Shown here: one piece after another, positions 47,056 to 57,540 of the stretch
Layout: each line of letters begins with the position of its first letter
Numbering within the stretch: the first letter of the stretch is position 1
DNA from: an uncultured Myxococcota bacterium
Lineage (GTDB): Bacteria > Myxococcota_A > UBA796
Reading direction: 5' to 3'
DNA: 64,000 bases
Assembly: GCA_965661985.1 (NCBI GenBank)
Contig: CBFIFY010000013.1
Coordinates: 998 to 64,997, forward strand
Translations under genes and position numbers: made by a program
The notes under the pieces: generated by a model
Database searches by the model: none
What the model saw: the letters and a program-made list of their open reading frames with translations, nothing else
Told to the model about the DNA's origin: nothing

Positions 47056-48006
47056 ATGTCTGTCCTTTGTATGTATTGGTTACTTTCTTGGATGGTGGGT
47101 GTTGGCTGGTCCAGACCTGTACAAAATCCAAAGTTGGCGATGGCAGAACGAATGACCCAACAAGGATTGTATCTCTATGCCCTCAAAAGTTTGGATGATA
47201 CCATTGCCAAAGGGCTTGGAGACGCCGATGTGTACGCCTACCGTGGCATGGTGTTGACGTTGCGTGGGCAATACCAATATGCGATTGCAGATTTTGAGGA
47301 GGGGCTGGGTGCTGTTCGAATGAACGGTCGAGATGGTGAAGCCTATGCCTATGCAAAGTCGGTGCGCGGAGACTGTGCGTTAGACTATTTTGAGAGCATT
47401 CGACACTTTGGCAATTTGCCTCGGGGTGCCAACATTCGACTTTTGTCTACTGAGGTTGACGTTCAGCGGTATTGTCAAGATTCAGTAGCGGCAATGGATG
47501 CCCAAAATTGGATGGCTTCGGAGTTCCCACACGCGGTCAAAACACATTTGGCGGCTGCCGACTTGGCCTTAGATAGGGGAGATGTAGACGAAGCGTGGCG
47601 AGCGATTTTCAATGCACAACTCCACTATCAGTATGTGGGTATACGGGATATTTTGGCGCGGATTGCACTAATTGAGGGCAATTACGACGAAGCTTTTCAA
47701 CAGATGCAGTACATCGGCGCACAACGCGTGTCCGATCGAAGTATGATCCTCAATGGGTTGTCGATGGTGCTGTCTGGCAACCATGTCTTTTGGATTCACA
47801 AGTTGGATCAGCCACGATGGCGAGCTACAGAAAATCCACACTTGATCTATTTGTTGATGTGGGCATTTCATTTAGATGGTGATCAGGACGCTTATCAAAA
47901 TGAAAAGGAATGGTTCACGTCGATTTGCGACACAGAGTGTCAGGCGACTGTTCAAAGAAATCTCGAGATGGAGATTCAAGGACAATTGCCGGTGACCTTG
48001 CCCTAA
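47056..48006 (+). CDS. Secreted TPR-like protein
   Basis: Hydrophobic N-terminus; YAYRG....G.Y..AI.DF and LA.IA..EG.YDEA TPR patterns. Confidence 0.65.
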   Translation: MSVLCMYWLLSWMVGVGWSRPVQNPKLAMAERMTQQGLYLYALKSLDDTIAKGLGDADVYAYRGMVLTLRGQYQYAIADFEEGLGAVRMNGRDGEAYAYAKSVRGDCALDYFESIRHFGNLPRGANIRLLSTEVDVQRYCQDSVAAMDAQNWMASEFPHAVKTHLAAADLALDRGDVDEAWRAIFNAQLHYQYVGIRDILARIALIEGNYDEAFQQMQYIGAQRVSDRSMILNGLSMVLSGNHVFWIHKLDQPRWRATENPHLIYLLMWAFHLDGDQDAYQNEKEWFTSICDTECQATVQRNLEMEIQGQLPVTLP

Positions 48007-48012
48007 CAAAGC

Positions 48013-50262
48013 TCAGTGTGGATTTGGCTGGGCTTTGTGTCCCCGTTCGATTTGTTGTTCTCTTGCTTGTTTTGCTTGCTCAAATAGCGATTTGGCTTCT
48101 GTTTCACGTCCTTGTTTGGCGGCAATATTGGCAGACAACAGCAGTACGAAAGGACCTTTTGGGGCGAGTGTCAACGCCGGTCCCAATGCTTTTTGAGCAT
48201 CGTCGTAGGCACCTTGATTGAACAAGTTCTGTGCACAGTTGAGATGTGCCCGAACCGACTTGGGTTGGGCTTCTCGAATTTGGCAGCGGTGTTTGGCGGC
48301 TTCGGTCCAGTCTTTTTGGGTTTCATAAATCTTGGCAAGTTTGGCGCGCAGTGTGGGATCTTCAAAATGCTTTAGTTCGGCTGTGTATTCTGAGACCATC
48401 GTAGTGACGTCTTTTTCGACCATCGCAATGTGTCCCAGAGAGCGGTGGACGTGTTCGCGTGGAATTTCATCGGCGAGTGATGCAGTAAGCAATTCCTTTC
48501 CCAATTTCCACTGTTTGTTTCGAACCAAGATTACACCGAGGATCGCTTGCAATTGTGGTGACGGCATTTCTTCAAGCCATGCTGAACCTTTGGCAATGGC
48601 TCCTTCGTGATCGCCACTGTCTGACATCATGCGGAGGATGTTGCTTTGGGCACTTTTGTCGCTCGGGACCCTTTCCAATACTCCACTCAAGATGGCAATG
48701 CCATCTTCAAAACGTCCAAGGTCTGCGAGTTGATTGGCGAGGTTGAGGGCGATCACCACCGACTCAGGGTTTAGGGACAAAGCCTCTTCAAAAGTCTTGA
48801 CCGCGTCCTCTTTGCGTCCCATGACCGCATAGGTTTGACCCAGCATCAACCGCGCTTCGCCCAGTTGGGGTTCTCGTTCCAATAGTTTTTCAAAACGATC
48901 CACGATGGATTCGGGAGAAGTTCCTGGAGCCAAGCGCCTAGATTTGACTATATCGGTCAATTCAGCAATGGTTGCCAATCGGTCTTTGGCATCGATGTCG
49001 TAGTCTGCGAGATTGGCAGAGGCGCCATTGTTGCCACCCATATAGCCCAAAGCCTCGAGTTGCTTCATGACGGATGCATCAGGCGCGTCCAACGTAAATT
49101 GAGGTGCATCGGCATAGAGTGTCCGAGTCTGTTCGTGCCAATATGCCCACTTGGATTGATCCACCGTCTCCCACAAGTTGTTGGTTTCGTTGGGGTCTGC
49201 ATTGAGATCATACAAGTGTGTCGTGGCAGTAGGCATCAGTTTGTGGTCACCATCACTCACCGCAATCTCCGGGTGGTACCCGAATCGTTGTTGAACGGTG
49301 TTGGATTCCATATATACTGGGGCTTTACTGGTCTTCTTTAAGGCATCAACGCCGTCGACACTTTCCATGGGGAGCAGATTGAGTAAACCCAGCACTGTGG
49401 ATGAGAGATCGACAACGGACGCGGGTGTGTCTATCGATTGAACTTCGGTGAGGGCAGGGTACGGTTGGATAATCCATGGAATGCGCATGGTTTCATCATA
49501 CAGAAACAGTCCATGGGAACTTTCGCCATGTTGTCCCTCAAAAGCCTCTCCATGATCGGCAATCAATACCCAGATTGTGTTGGGGGCATCGGCTGAAATC
49601 TGTTGATAAAGACGATCAATTTGGTCATCCATGTAGGCGATTTCGGCATCGTAGGTGTTTTCGATGGATTCGTATCCCTCATGAACAATGTGTGGATGGT
49701 GTGGATCATAGAGGTGTGCCCACATGAAGACTGGCTTGTTTGTGTCTCTATCGTTCTTCCACCAGCCGAGTAAATCATCAATGACTTCTTCGGCAACGCG
49801 TTCTTGAGCCCATCGACCTCCTTTTTGTTCATCGATGTCATCAAAGTAGACGTCAAATCCTTGGTCTAGGTTCCAGATTTTGGTGGTGACAAAGGCAGAA
49901 ACGGATGCCACAGTCTGAAAATTGTGGATTTTCAATCTTTCTGGCAACGTTTGAATGGCGTCGGGCAATATTGCATCGCCGTTGTTTCGGATGCCGTGGT
50001 GCGGAGGATAAAGCCCAGTCAGCATTGAGGCATGAGACGGGGTGGTCAATGGAATTGCAGAGTACGCATTCTCAAAGCGATAGCCTTGTTCTGCGATGGC
50101 ATCAATGCGATCACTTTTTGCGCCTTCATACCCATAGGTGCCCAATCGATCTTTTCGTGTGGTGTCCATGGAAATGAAAACAACGTTTGGGTAGGCTGGT
50201 TCTGTATTGGTTTCGACGTCCGACGATGGACTTGGAGCACAGGCAAGTAATGTGAGGAGCAT
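48013..50262 (-). CDS. Sulfatase-like (alkaline phosphatase superfamily) lipoprotein with C-terminal TPRs
   Basis: DTTRKD, LTTPSHASMLTG, HLYDPH, YDAEIAYMD, ADHGE, HG and LEALGY motifs; TPR C-terminal half. Confidence 0.88.
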   Translation of the reverse strand: MLLTLLACAPSPSSDVETNTEPAYPNVVFISMDTTRKDRLGTYGYEGAKSDRIDAIAEQGYRFENAYSAIPLTTPSHASMLTGLYPPHHGIRNNGDAILPDAIQTLPERLKIHNFQTVASVSAFVTTKIWNLDQGFDVYFDDIDEQKGGRWAQERVAEEVIDDLLGWWKNDRDTNKPVFMWAHLYDPHHPHIVHEGYESIENTYDAEIAYMDDQIDRLYQQISADAPNTIWVLIADHGEAFEGQHGESSHGLFLYDETMRIPWIIQPYPALTEVQSIDTPASVVDLSSTVLGLLNLLPMESVDGVDALKKTSKAPVYMESNTVQQRFGYHPEIAVSDGDHKLMPTATTHLYDLNADPNETNNLWETVDQSKWAYWHEQTRTLYADAPQFTLDAPDASVMKQLEALGYMGGNNGASANLADYDIDAKDRLATIAELTDIVKSRRLAPGTSPESIVDRFEKLLEREPQLGEARLMLGQTYAVMGRKEDAVKTFEEALSLNPESVVIALNLANQLADLGRFEDGIAILSGVLERVPSDKSAQSNILRMMSDSGDHEGAIAKGSAWLEEMPSPQLQAILGVILVRNKQWKLGKELLTASLADEIPREHVHRSLGHIAMVEKDVTTMVSEYTAELKHFEDPTLRAKLAKIYETQKDWTEAAKHRCQIREAQPKSVRAHLNCAQNLFNQGAYDDAQKALGPALTLAPKGPFVLLLSANIAAKQGRETEAKSLFEQAKQAREQQIERGHKAQPNPH

Positions 50263-50283
50263 GGGGTTCCAAGGGTTGATTTT

Positions 50284-53200
50284 TTATTGTAAAGAAGCCA
50301 AGAGTTCATCCAGTTGATCTTTGTACACAGGGTCTTGTACTTGTTGTAAAGAACGTTGTGCGAGGGTTTGGGCATCGGTAGATTTTCCTTCCTGTTGAAG
50401 TACATGGATTTTGGCAATCGCACTGGGAATTTGTACCTGTTCCTCATCGGGCCAGCGTTCTTGAATGGCGACCAAAGTTTGGTGGGCATTGTCGAACTGT
50501 TCAAGGGCTGTGTAGATTTGAGTGCGAAGTTCTTCAACACTCATGTCCCAACCTGGACCCAATTCGGAGGCAGTGTATCCATTGAGACTGTCCAAGGCTT
50601 CGGTCAGTTGTTCATTGGACAGTAGGGCTTTTGCCTTTTGGATGTGGGTCTGGGCATTGACCTCTTCATCGTCAGTCTGTTCGATCGAATCGAGTGCATC
50701 CACAGCGACGTCAAACTCTCCTATGGTCATGTGGACCTGTGCTTTGCCAAGGATTGCCCATTGCTTTTGTCTGGGTTCGATTCCAACAGTGGACGCTTCA
50801 TCGAACAGAGCCATCGCTTGTTCAAGGTTGTCGTCACCAAGCGCACTGTGGGCTTGACTCATCAGAGCTTCCCATTGCACGTCTGGATTGGAAGCCTGTG
50901 TTGCCCATGAATTTGCCAATTCGAGGCCTTCTGCGGAGGGGGAGGCTTGGTTGACTTCCATCAGCATCTGAATCTCAGAACCTGTGACAGCCTGTGTTGA
51001 TATACCAGACAGCACTGTCCGAGCGTCTTGCCATTGCTCTGTCATCATATAGGCGCGTGCCAGTCCAGAGCGAACCAACCTTGATTCTGTGTCTTGTTCG
51101 AGTAGGCTTTGATAGTGTGGAATGGATTGCGCTGGTTGCTCATTTTCCACCAGCATGTCGGCGAGTTCTAATGTCAGCGGTGCCGAAAATTCAGAGGGCA
51201 GTCCTGTAAGACCTTGCTCCATCGTTCGGATGGCATCGTCGAATTTTCCATCTATGCGCAATTGGGATGTTCGTTCCATCAAATATTGCACCAATACTGT
51301 TGGAGAAGCCTGGGCGAGGCTTTGCTGACGGGTTTGCCACGTATTGATTTCTTCGTCCGAGATAGAGGGGGTTTCCAAGTATAATTGAATGAGTTGCAAC
51401 TCAACGATTGGATCGATTTGAGAGAGCCCCAAGCCAACTTGACAAACGTCGCTTCGTTCCGCAGGACTGCTTAGACGCGCAAATCCCAATGCGGCTTCTG
51501 ACCGTAGTGCATCAGAGATGCGCTCGTTGTTGACAATGACTTGATATCGATCGGGAGCACGATCGTCTCCAGCCATTTCGAGGATCGTCGCACATTGCAA
51601 CTGGGCTTCAGGGGTCGACAAGTTGAGTTCGCATTCGCTGATGGCTTCATCTAGGCGATCCATTTGCGCCAGCGCCAGCGCGATCGAAGTGTGGGCTTCA
51701 GACCGTAGGGCTTCATCATCTACGCCAAATCGAAGAATGTTTTGCCACGCCAACAGTACATCCTCAATGGCATTTTGTTCTTGGGCAATCTGTGCCAACT
51801 CTTGCCAGATTTGAATCTGGATTTCCTCACTGGGTTGCGTTTGTAGAATCCGCTGATAGGCGTCTTTGGCTCGTTCCAACTCTCCAGCCAAGACAGAGGC
51901 TTGTGCTGACCCCATCAACCCTTGATATCGAATGATCCCATCGTTGGACTGCTGCAAGGATTCAAAAGCCAAACGGGCTCCTTCAATATCATTGGCTTGA
52001 AGTTTGCTGTAAGCCAATAGAACTTCAATGTGTTGAGACTCAACGGGGTCCAATCTTTCTCTGAGCAATCCTTCCCAAATTTCATTGGCTTCTTGGTGTT
52101 TTCCAAGATTGGACAGAGCCTCTGCCATACCACTTTGGGCTGCACGGCGGATGCCATCATCTTTATCAGAATCTTTTGCCTCAGAGTCTCCGGACTTTCG
52201 ACCTATGATAGAACTGTACAACTCTAGCGCTTCTTCGAACTCTCCCTGGTCAAGAATGCTTCTAGCTTCTCCCAGTTTTGCTTGAGCCAAAATTTCTGGT
52301 GGCAAATCCCCAACACTTTCAGCATCATTTTGGAGCAACAGTCGTGCAAGAGAGACCCGTGCTTCTTCCTGTGTTTCGGGTTCTACTTCGCTGATGTTCA
52401 GCACTTCTTTGTATTTGTCCGCTGCAGTGGAGATGTCGTCTTGTTCTTCAAGCAGCCTCCCTTGAATCAGTAAGGAGCGAGATCGCAGACGGCCGTCCGC
52501 TTTCGCACTTTCTGTGAGACCTTCCAGCAATGTCATAGCTTTTTCTATGTTTCCAATGCGTCTCCACAGGTCTGCCAATGCCAACGTGGCCGTTTGCGTG
52601 GTTTGGCTGTTTGGTTCTGCCTGCTGTTGCAATTGCTCATAGGCGGAGATTGCCTCATTTAGGTTGCCCAATCTGTCGTGTGCCCTTGCCTTTGACTCAA
52701 TGAGTCTTAGGGCCAATCCATCAGATATGGGAAGCTGTTCGGCCTGTTGCAATTCCGCCAGGGCTTTGTCAGACTGTCCATGTTGTAACCGTAAATCTGA
52801 CAAGGCCATATGCAAATCTGCCTGAACCTCTGGGAGTGCCTCCATGGAGGTATACAGCGATGCCAACTCTTCCTCTGCTTTGCATTGCACGATCTCACAA
52901 CTTTGTTCTGTATAAAAAATCAACTTGGCGCGTTGAAAGGTCGACAAACTTTGGTATGTCATCAGTGGCTTTAATCGCTCGAGGGCTTTGTCGGGTTGGG
53001 AGTGCGTCAAGAGAAACTGTGCAAAGCGCAGACCAACCTTGGTATTGAGTTCAGTGTTGAGATCAGCTGCCTTTAAGGCTTTGTTGAACAGCACTTCACT
53101 GCGCTGTACATCGCCATTTTGCTCTGCCAATATTGCCGACTCGATGTAGTATTGGACCTGTTCATCCAGTATTTGGCTTTGTTCAGCCAATTTTTCGTAT

Positions 53201-56200
53201 TGCTCAGAAGCCAAACCGGCATCTTGTTCCCTCATTTCTTGTGCTTGTGCTTCGAGAGACTCAAGATCTGCATTTTGTCCATCCAGAACCTGGGTCAGCA
53301 AGATAGAGCCCACACCCAAGGCAAAGAGAACCAAGGCGACTTGCAACTGTGGTGCTCCCCATGTGCCGTAGCGATCAACGGCGTCTTGCAAATCTACCAA
53401 CGCGCCTCGTTGCTCAAGATTTTGAAGTTGTTCGCTTGTTAGTCCTTGAGAGCCACGAAAGTCCGTATTGGTGACCGTTGCATTGTGAAACTTTGCGTTG
53501 TGTAAGTCACTTCGATGAAAGTTGGAGTCCCGTAAATCAGCACCTTCGAATGAGGCTGTGCGCAAAGACATTTCCACAAAAGTACACCCAACACAAACGG
53601 CTCCATCAAAGATGGCACTTTGGGCTTTTGAACCAGTACAGTCGACATTCTCCCATTTTGCTTGGCGAACATCAGCAAAACGCAAATCCGCATCGTACAA
53701 TCGTGAGAGGCGCATCTGCGTTTGTCTCAGTGATGCCTCGTACAGATTGATGCCTTGCAGATTGCTTTTGTTGAGAACGGCCTGATCCAACGTTGCGCCA
53801 TTCAAACTGGCATAATCGAGAAACGCCAACGTGAAATTACTGTTGATGAGGTTGGCCGCTTCGAGTTTGATGCCACTGAGTAAAGCCCTAGAAGCATTGC
53901 TGTCAATCCATCGAGCGGCGACATGATTGCCCCCACGCAAATCTTGTTGAAACAAGTCCATTGGTTCATTGAAAGAAGATGCCTCGGTTCGATGAATCCG
54001 ATGGCGTTCTTCTGCTTTCATGGCTAGACGTTCACGTCGACGATTGGCTTCTGTTTGCTGGCGCGCCTTTCGCTCTGCTTCATCGAGCAGCCTCGCCTCA
54101 CGTTGCTCTTCTTTGGCTCGAATCTCAGCCAATCTTTGTAGACGTGCCTGATGCTCTTGTTGGCGTTTTGCTTCAAGGGCACTCGCAGCTTGACGCTTTT
54201 GTTGCTCTCGTTCAAATGTCGCTTGGGCTTGTCTGGAGAGGTACAACTCTTCAAGGCGTTCTTTAAGTTCATCTAAATTACGCGCCAACGCGGGTGATTG
54301 AGTCGAGATTTTATCGGTAAATTGGTACCAACGCTGTTGAAGCGGACGTTGTATTTGTACGGAGAAGTCGTTTGGTTCGACGGAGATGTTTTCCTTCTCA
54401 TAGGCAACTTGTAATTCAAGCAAAGCGGCTTGAACTTCACGTTCTCTCTCCTGTAAACGTTCCAAACGCTGTTGCTTACGAGCAAAGAGTTCTCGTTGTT
54501 GGGCTTGCTCTTTAAGCAATGGATCATTGGCACGGCGCTCTTGTTCTGCGCGTACTTGTTCGAGAAAGGCTTCTTGTTTGCGTTGTCTTTCAAGGCTTTG
54601 AGATTGTTGGGTCTCAATGTCAGCCTCAATTTGCGCAGACAACTCTTGATACTCTTGACGACGAGCTTCCTCCAACAACTGATTTTTGAGACTGGAGAGT
54701 CGCTCTTTTTTACGTTCAATTTTGGCTTGTTGCTCTTTCTCAAGTGCTTCCAAACGACGCAGTTCCCGCTCTTGAGCCAACCGTTCTGCCTCTTTGGCTT
54801 TTTCTTCTTCGCGGGCTTTTCGCTTCGCCAACTTTTCCTGTCTTTTTTGCTCCTTGGCTTCTTCCGTTTGACGTTGCCTTTCCTTGCGTTCTTGAATTTT
54901 TTGTTCTTGCTCAAGTCGTTGCCGCTCTTCGGCTTCGGCTTGTTCGAGTCTCTTGCGGTCGCGTTCTTTTTGGGCTTTGGCAACTGCCTGGGCTTTGGCT
55001 TCTTCAGCTTGTTGACGAAGGGCTTCTCGATGCTCTTTCTTTCGCTGTTGAGCCTCTAATTGCTCTCGTTGTCTTGCTTCTTTTTGTCGTTGCCTTTCCT
55101 CTGCGAGTCGTTGTTGTTCAGCCTGTTCTTGTTCACGTCGTTCTTTGTCAGCCTCGGCTTCCAACAATGCTTCGATTGATTTGTTCAGCGCAAGTCTTTG
55201 TACTTGTTGGATTGCCTTGCCGGACCGTTCAAACTCAAAGGAGTCTACAAAGGTTTCTTCAGTTTCGGTGACGGTTGCTTTTTGCGTTTTCTCAAAATTT
55301 TGATAGCGCTTGTCAATAATGGCTTGGAGCTGTGCTTTGTGTGCTTGTTCAAGTTCAGCCGCTCGTTGTGCTTCAATGGCTGCTTTTTTAGCTTGTTCTT
55401 CTTCGCGCTCTTGTCTACGCTTGTCTAAGAGAGCCTGTTCTTCACGTTTTCTGTTCTCTTGTTTCTCTTGTTCGACTTGTTGCTGTGTCAGTTTGGCCTG
55501 TTCAAGACGTTTCTCTTTTTCAATTTGCTCTTGAAAGGAGACCAATGAGCGGGTGATCAATGTCGTTTGTAGGTCTTGCAACTCTTGTTTTGACAAAGAC
55601 TCGGTTGTGAGGGTGGTCGACAAAATATCTTTGATGGACTGTTCTTGAATGGCCCTCAAGTCTTGGAGGGTATTTGGAGATACCCGCAATGGTTCATCGT
55701 CATCTTGGAGATTTTGTTGGATGATCTCCATTTCTGCGTGCAATTGTTTAGAAATGGCGTGGATTGAGATTTCTGAAACTTGTTGTAACTTGGCGCTGCT
55801 AACAAGTTTGTCTTCTTGACCTTCAAAAGTTTCGTTTGTAGGTCCTTCCGCAATATCAGTTGAGATAGAAGGTTCGGTGGCAGAATCCAGTTCTGTTGGT
55901 TCTGTATCTTCTGTCCCTTCTATATCTTCAAGGACCGTATTTTCTTCAGCAGCTTGAACAGAAAACCAAGAATACACTCGGTTGAACAATGAACGATAGT
56001 CTTCAGAGTCGTCTATTTTGTCTTGGTCAGTCGCCTGTTCACTGTCTGGTAGTGTTTTATCCAATGTTGAAACAATGGGTGTTGTCGATTCTGTATCCAG
56101 TGATTGGAGCTCCAGCATCGTATTGTCGGATGTACTTTCTGAGAGAGACTGGATCTCTGTCTCAATCAACTTCCGTTCATACTCCAACTCAGCCCGCAAC

Positions 56201-57540
56201 ATGTTTTGTCTGTTCAGGGTATCAATCGTGTCTTGTTCAGCGTCCAGTGATGCTCGTCGTTCCAACAAGATTTGGTTGCTGCGTAGCAATGCCTCTTGTT
56301 GCAATTGTTCGAGCAATTGCGCTTCGGTTTGTTTCCAAGCTTGGAGTTTATCGAAGTACTCTTGTTGTGCATCCATTGCACGTTGTGCCAACTGTTGCGT
56401 TTCTTGGATTTGAGACTCAAGACGCTCTTGGATATCGGCATCCAACGGAGAGTCTTTGAGTTCATTGCGCAGCGCAGTTTCTGTTTCTAATGCCTGTTCT
56501 GTTTGCTGGTAGAGTTCTGTCGATTGACTGTTGAGTTCTTGCAAGTGCTCGGGCAGTCGATCTGCCGATTCAAGGTTTGTAAAGAACGCTTGGATGTCTT
56601 GTTGGAGCGTTTGGCGTTCCTTTTGTTGCGATTGAAGCAACTCTTGAATGCCTTGTTCCTGCTTTTTTCGTTCCAACAACCGTTCGCGTTCTGCTTTCTG
56701 CGCTTCCTTTTCTAGGCGGCGTTGTTCTTCGCGTCGCTTCCTTTCTTCAATGCCCTTTAAGCGTCGAGCTTCCTGCTCCTGTCTCCAAGCTTCTTCTTGT
56801 TTTTGCAATTCGGCTTGTTGGCGGGCCCGTTCTTCTTTCCACTCTTGAAATGTGCTGCGAACTTGTTCGGTGATCTTGGCTGTGTCAAGCCATGTACTTG
56901 GCGTGATCTTCTTTTTGAGAGTTTCAATTTTGGAACCGAGGTCTCTTCGAAAACCAATTCCCTTTTTTCTAAGTTTGTTGAGCGTGGGTGGCAGACCTTC
57001 GTACGCACCGCCAGCCAGCATTTTTTCTCGCATTTCGTCACTTAGCCCGATGGCATTTGTGATGCGGGCATTGTAACAAGAGACATCATCGAGGTTGCAA
57101 CCTGTGAAGTCAACATGTGCCAAGTCACAATTGTTGAAATTGACGTTCTTGAGTTGGGCGTTTCGAAAGGAAGAGTATCGAAGGTCTGAGCCACTCAGTG
57201 AACAGTCTGTCCAAACGGTGTCTGTAAATTGGACTTCATAAAAACTGCCATCTTCGAATGTTGCGTGTACAAAGTGATTGCCAGAAAGTGTACTTTGCTC
57301 CATTTCAATAAAGCGTCCAGTACATTGTTCAAATCGACAATGATGCCAGTTTGCTTGACGAACGATGGCAGCGTGAAACTCTGTTTCTTGAAAAGAGACG
57401 TGTTCAAAGTGGGTTTGATGAAGCTGACTTTGACTAAAGTCTCCCCGTTTGTACTCGACATTTGACCATTCCATACCGACCAAATTTTGGGCGCGATAGG
57501 ATGCATTTGCATGCGAGATGGGCTCGTTGGAGGAAGACAT
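50284..57540 (-). CDS. Giant (2418 aa) protein: pentapeptide repeats, coiled coil, pentapeptide repeats, TM, TPR solenoid
   Basis: Two 5-residue-periodic blocks (about aa 10-175 and 1195-1380); E/K/Q/R-rich helical region; one TM at about aa 1399-1418; about 1000 aa of TPR-like helices. Confidence 0.85.
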   Translation of the reverse strand: MSSSNEPISHANASYRAQNLVGMEWSNVEYKRGDFSQSQLHQTHFEHVSFQETEFHAAIVRQANWHHCRFEQCTGRFIEMEQSTLSGNHFVHATFEDGSFYEVQFTDTVWTDCSLSGSDLRYSSFRNAQLKNVNFNNCDLAHVDFTGCNLDDVSCYNARITNAIGLSDEMREKMLAGGAYEGLPPTLNKLRKKGIGFRRDLGSKIETLKKKITPSTWLDTAKITEQVRSTFQEWKEERARQQAELQKQEEAWRQEQEARRLKGIEERKRREEQRRLEKEAQKAERERLLERKKQEQGIQELLQSQQKERQTLQQDIQAFFTNLESADRLPEHLQELNSQSTELYQQTEQALETETALRNELKDSPLDADIQERLESQIQETQQLAQRAMDAQQEYFDKLQAWKQTEAQLLEQLQQEALLRSNQILLERRASLDAEQDTIDTLNRQNMLRAELEYERKLIETEIQSLSESTSDNTMLELQSLDTESTTPIVSTLDKTLPDSEQATDQDKIDDSEDYRSLFNRVYSWFSVQAAEENTVLEDIEGTEDTEPTELDSATEPSISTDIAEGPTNETFEGQEDKLVSSAKLQQVSEISIHAISKQLHAEMEIIQQNLQDDDEPLRVSPNTLQDLRAIQEQSIKDILSTTLTTESLSKQELQDLQTTLITRSLVSFQEQIEKEKRLEQAKLTQQQVEQEKQENRKREEQALLDKRRQEREEEQAKKAAIEAQRAAELEQAHKAQLQAIIDKRYQNFEKTQKATVTETEETFVDSFEFERSGKAIQQVQRLALNKSIEALLEAEADKERREQEQAEQQRLAEERQRQKEARQREQLEAQQRKKEHREALRQQAEEAKAQAVAKAQKERDRKRLEQAEAEERQRLEQEQKIQERKERQRQTEEAKEQKRQEKLAKRKAREEEKAKEAERLAQERELRRLEALEKEQQAKIERKKERLSSLKNQLLEEARRQEYQELSAQIEADIETQQSQSLERQRKQEAFLEQVRAEQERRANDPLLKEQAQQRELFARKQQRLERLQEREREVQAALLELQVAYEKENISVEPNDFSVQIQRPLQQRWYQFTDKISTQSPALARNLDELKERLEELYLSRQAQATFEREQQKRQAASALEAKRQQEHQARLQRLAEIRAKEEQREARLLDEAERKARQQTEANRRRERLAMKAEERHRIHRTEASSFNEPMDLFQQDLRGGNHVAARWIDSNASRALLSGIKLEAANLINSNFTLAFLDYASLNGATLDQAVLNKSNLQGINLYEASLRQTQMRLSRLYDADLRFADVRQAKWENVDCTGSKAQSAIFDGAVCVGCTFVEMSLRTASFEGADLRDSNFHRSDLHNAKFHNATVTNTDFRGSQGLTSEQLQNLEQRGALVDLQDAVDRYGTWGAPQLQVALVLFALGVGSILLTQVLDGQNADLESLEAQAQEMREQDAGLASEQYEKLAEQSQILDEQVQYYIESAILAEQNGDVQRSEVLFNKALKAADLNTELNTKVGLRFAQFLLTHSQPDKALERLKPLMTYQSLSTFQRAKLIFYTEQSCEIVQCKAEEELASLYTSMEALPEVQADLHMALSDLRLQHGQSDKALAELQQAEQLPISDGLALRLIESKARAHDRLGNLNEAISAYEQLQQQAEPNSQTTQTATLALADLWRRIGNIEKAMTLLEGLTESAKADGRLRSRSLLIQGRLLEEQDDISTAADKYKEVLNISEVEPETQEEARVSLARLLLQNDAESVGDLPPEILAQAKLGEARSILDQGEFEEALELYSSIIGRKSGDSEAKDSDKDDGIRRAAQSGMAEALSNLGKHQEANEIWEGLLRERLDPVESQHIEVLLAYSKLQANDIEGARLAFESLQQSNDGIIRYQGLMGSAQASVLAGELERAKDAYQRILQTQPSEEIQIQIWQELAQIAQEQNAIEDVLLAWQNILRFGVDDEALRSEAHTSIALALAQMDRLDEAISECELNLSTPEAQLQCATILEMAGDDRAPDRYQVIVNNERISDALRSEAALGFARLSSPAERSDVCQVGLGLSQIDPIVELQLIQLYLETPSISDEEINTWQTRQQSLAQASPTVLVQYLMERTSQLRIDGKFDDAIRTMEQGLTGLPSEFSAPLTLELADMLVENEQPAQSIPHYQSLLEQDTESRLVRSGLARAYMMTEQWQDARTVLSGISTQAVTGSEIQMLMEVNQASPSAEGLELANSWATQASNPDVQWEALMSQAHSALGDDNLEQAMALFDEASTVGIEPRQKQWAILGKAQVHMTIGEFDVAVDALDSIEQTDDEEVNAQTHIQKAKALLSNEQLTEALDSLNGYTASELGPGWDMSVEELRTQIYTALEQFDNAHQTLVAIQERWPDEEQVQIPSAIAKIHVLQQEGKSTDAQTLAQRSLQQVQDPVYKDQLDELLASLQ

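Noticed and set aside
50262-50286. Stop-codon readthrough fusing the giant protein to the sulfatase (same frame, 7 sense codons apart)
   Set aside because: The same frame arises one time in three by chance, TAA is a strong stop, and the sulfatase has its own ATG and lipobox.
53400-57540. Qnr/MfpA quinolone-resistance gene
   Set aside because: The pentapeptide blocks are embedded in a 2418-aa membrane protein, and the fold alone does not imply gyrase protection.
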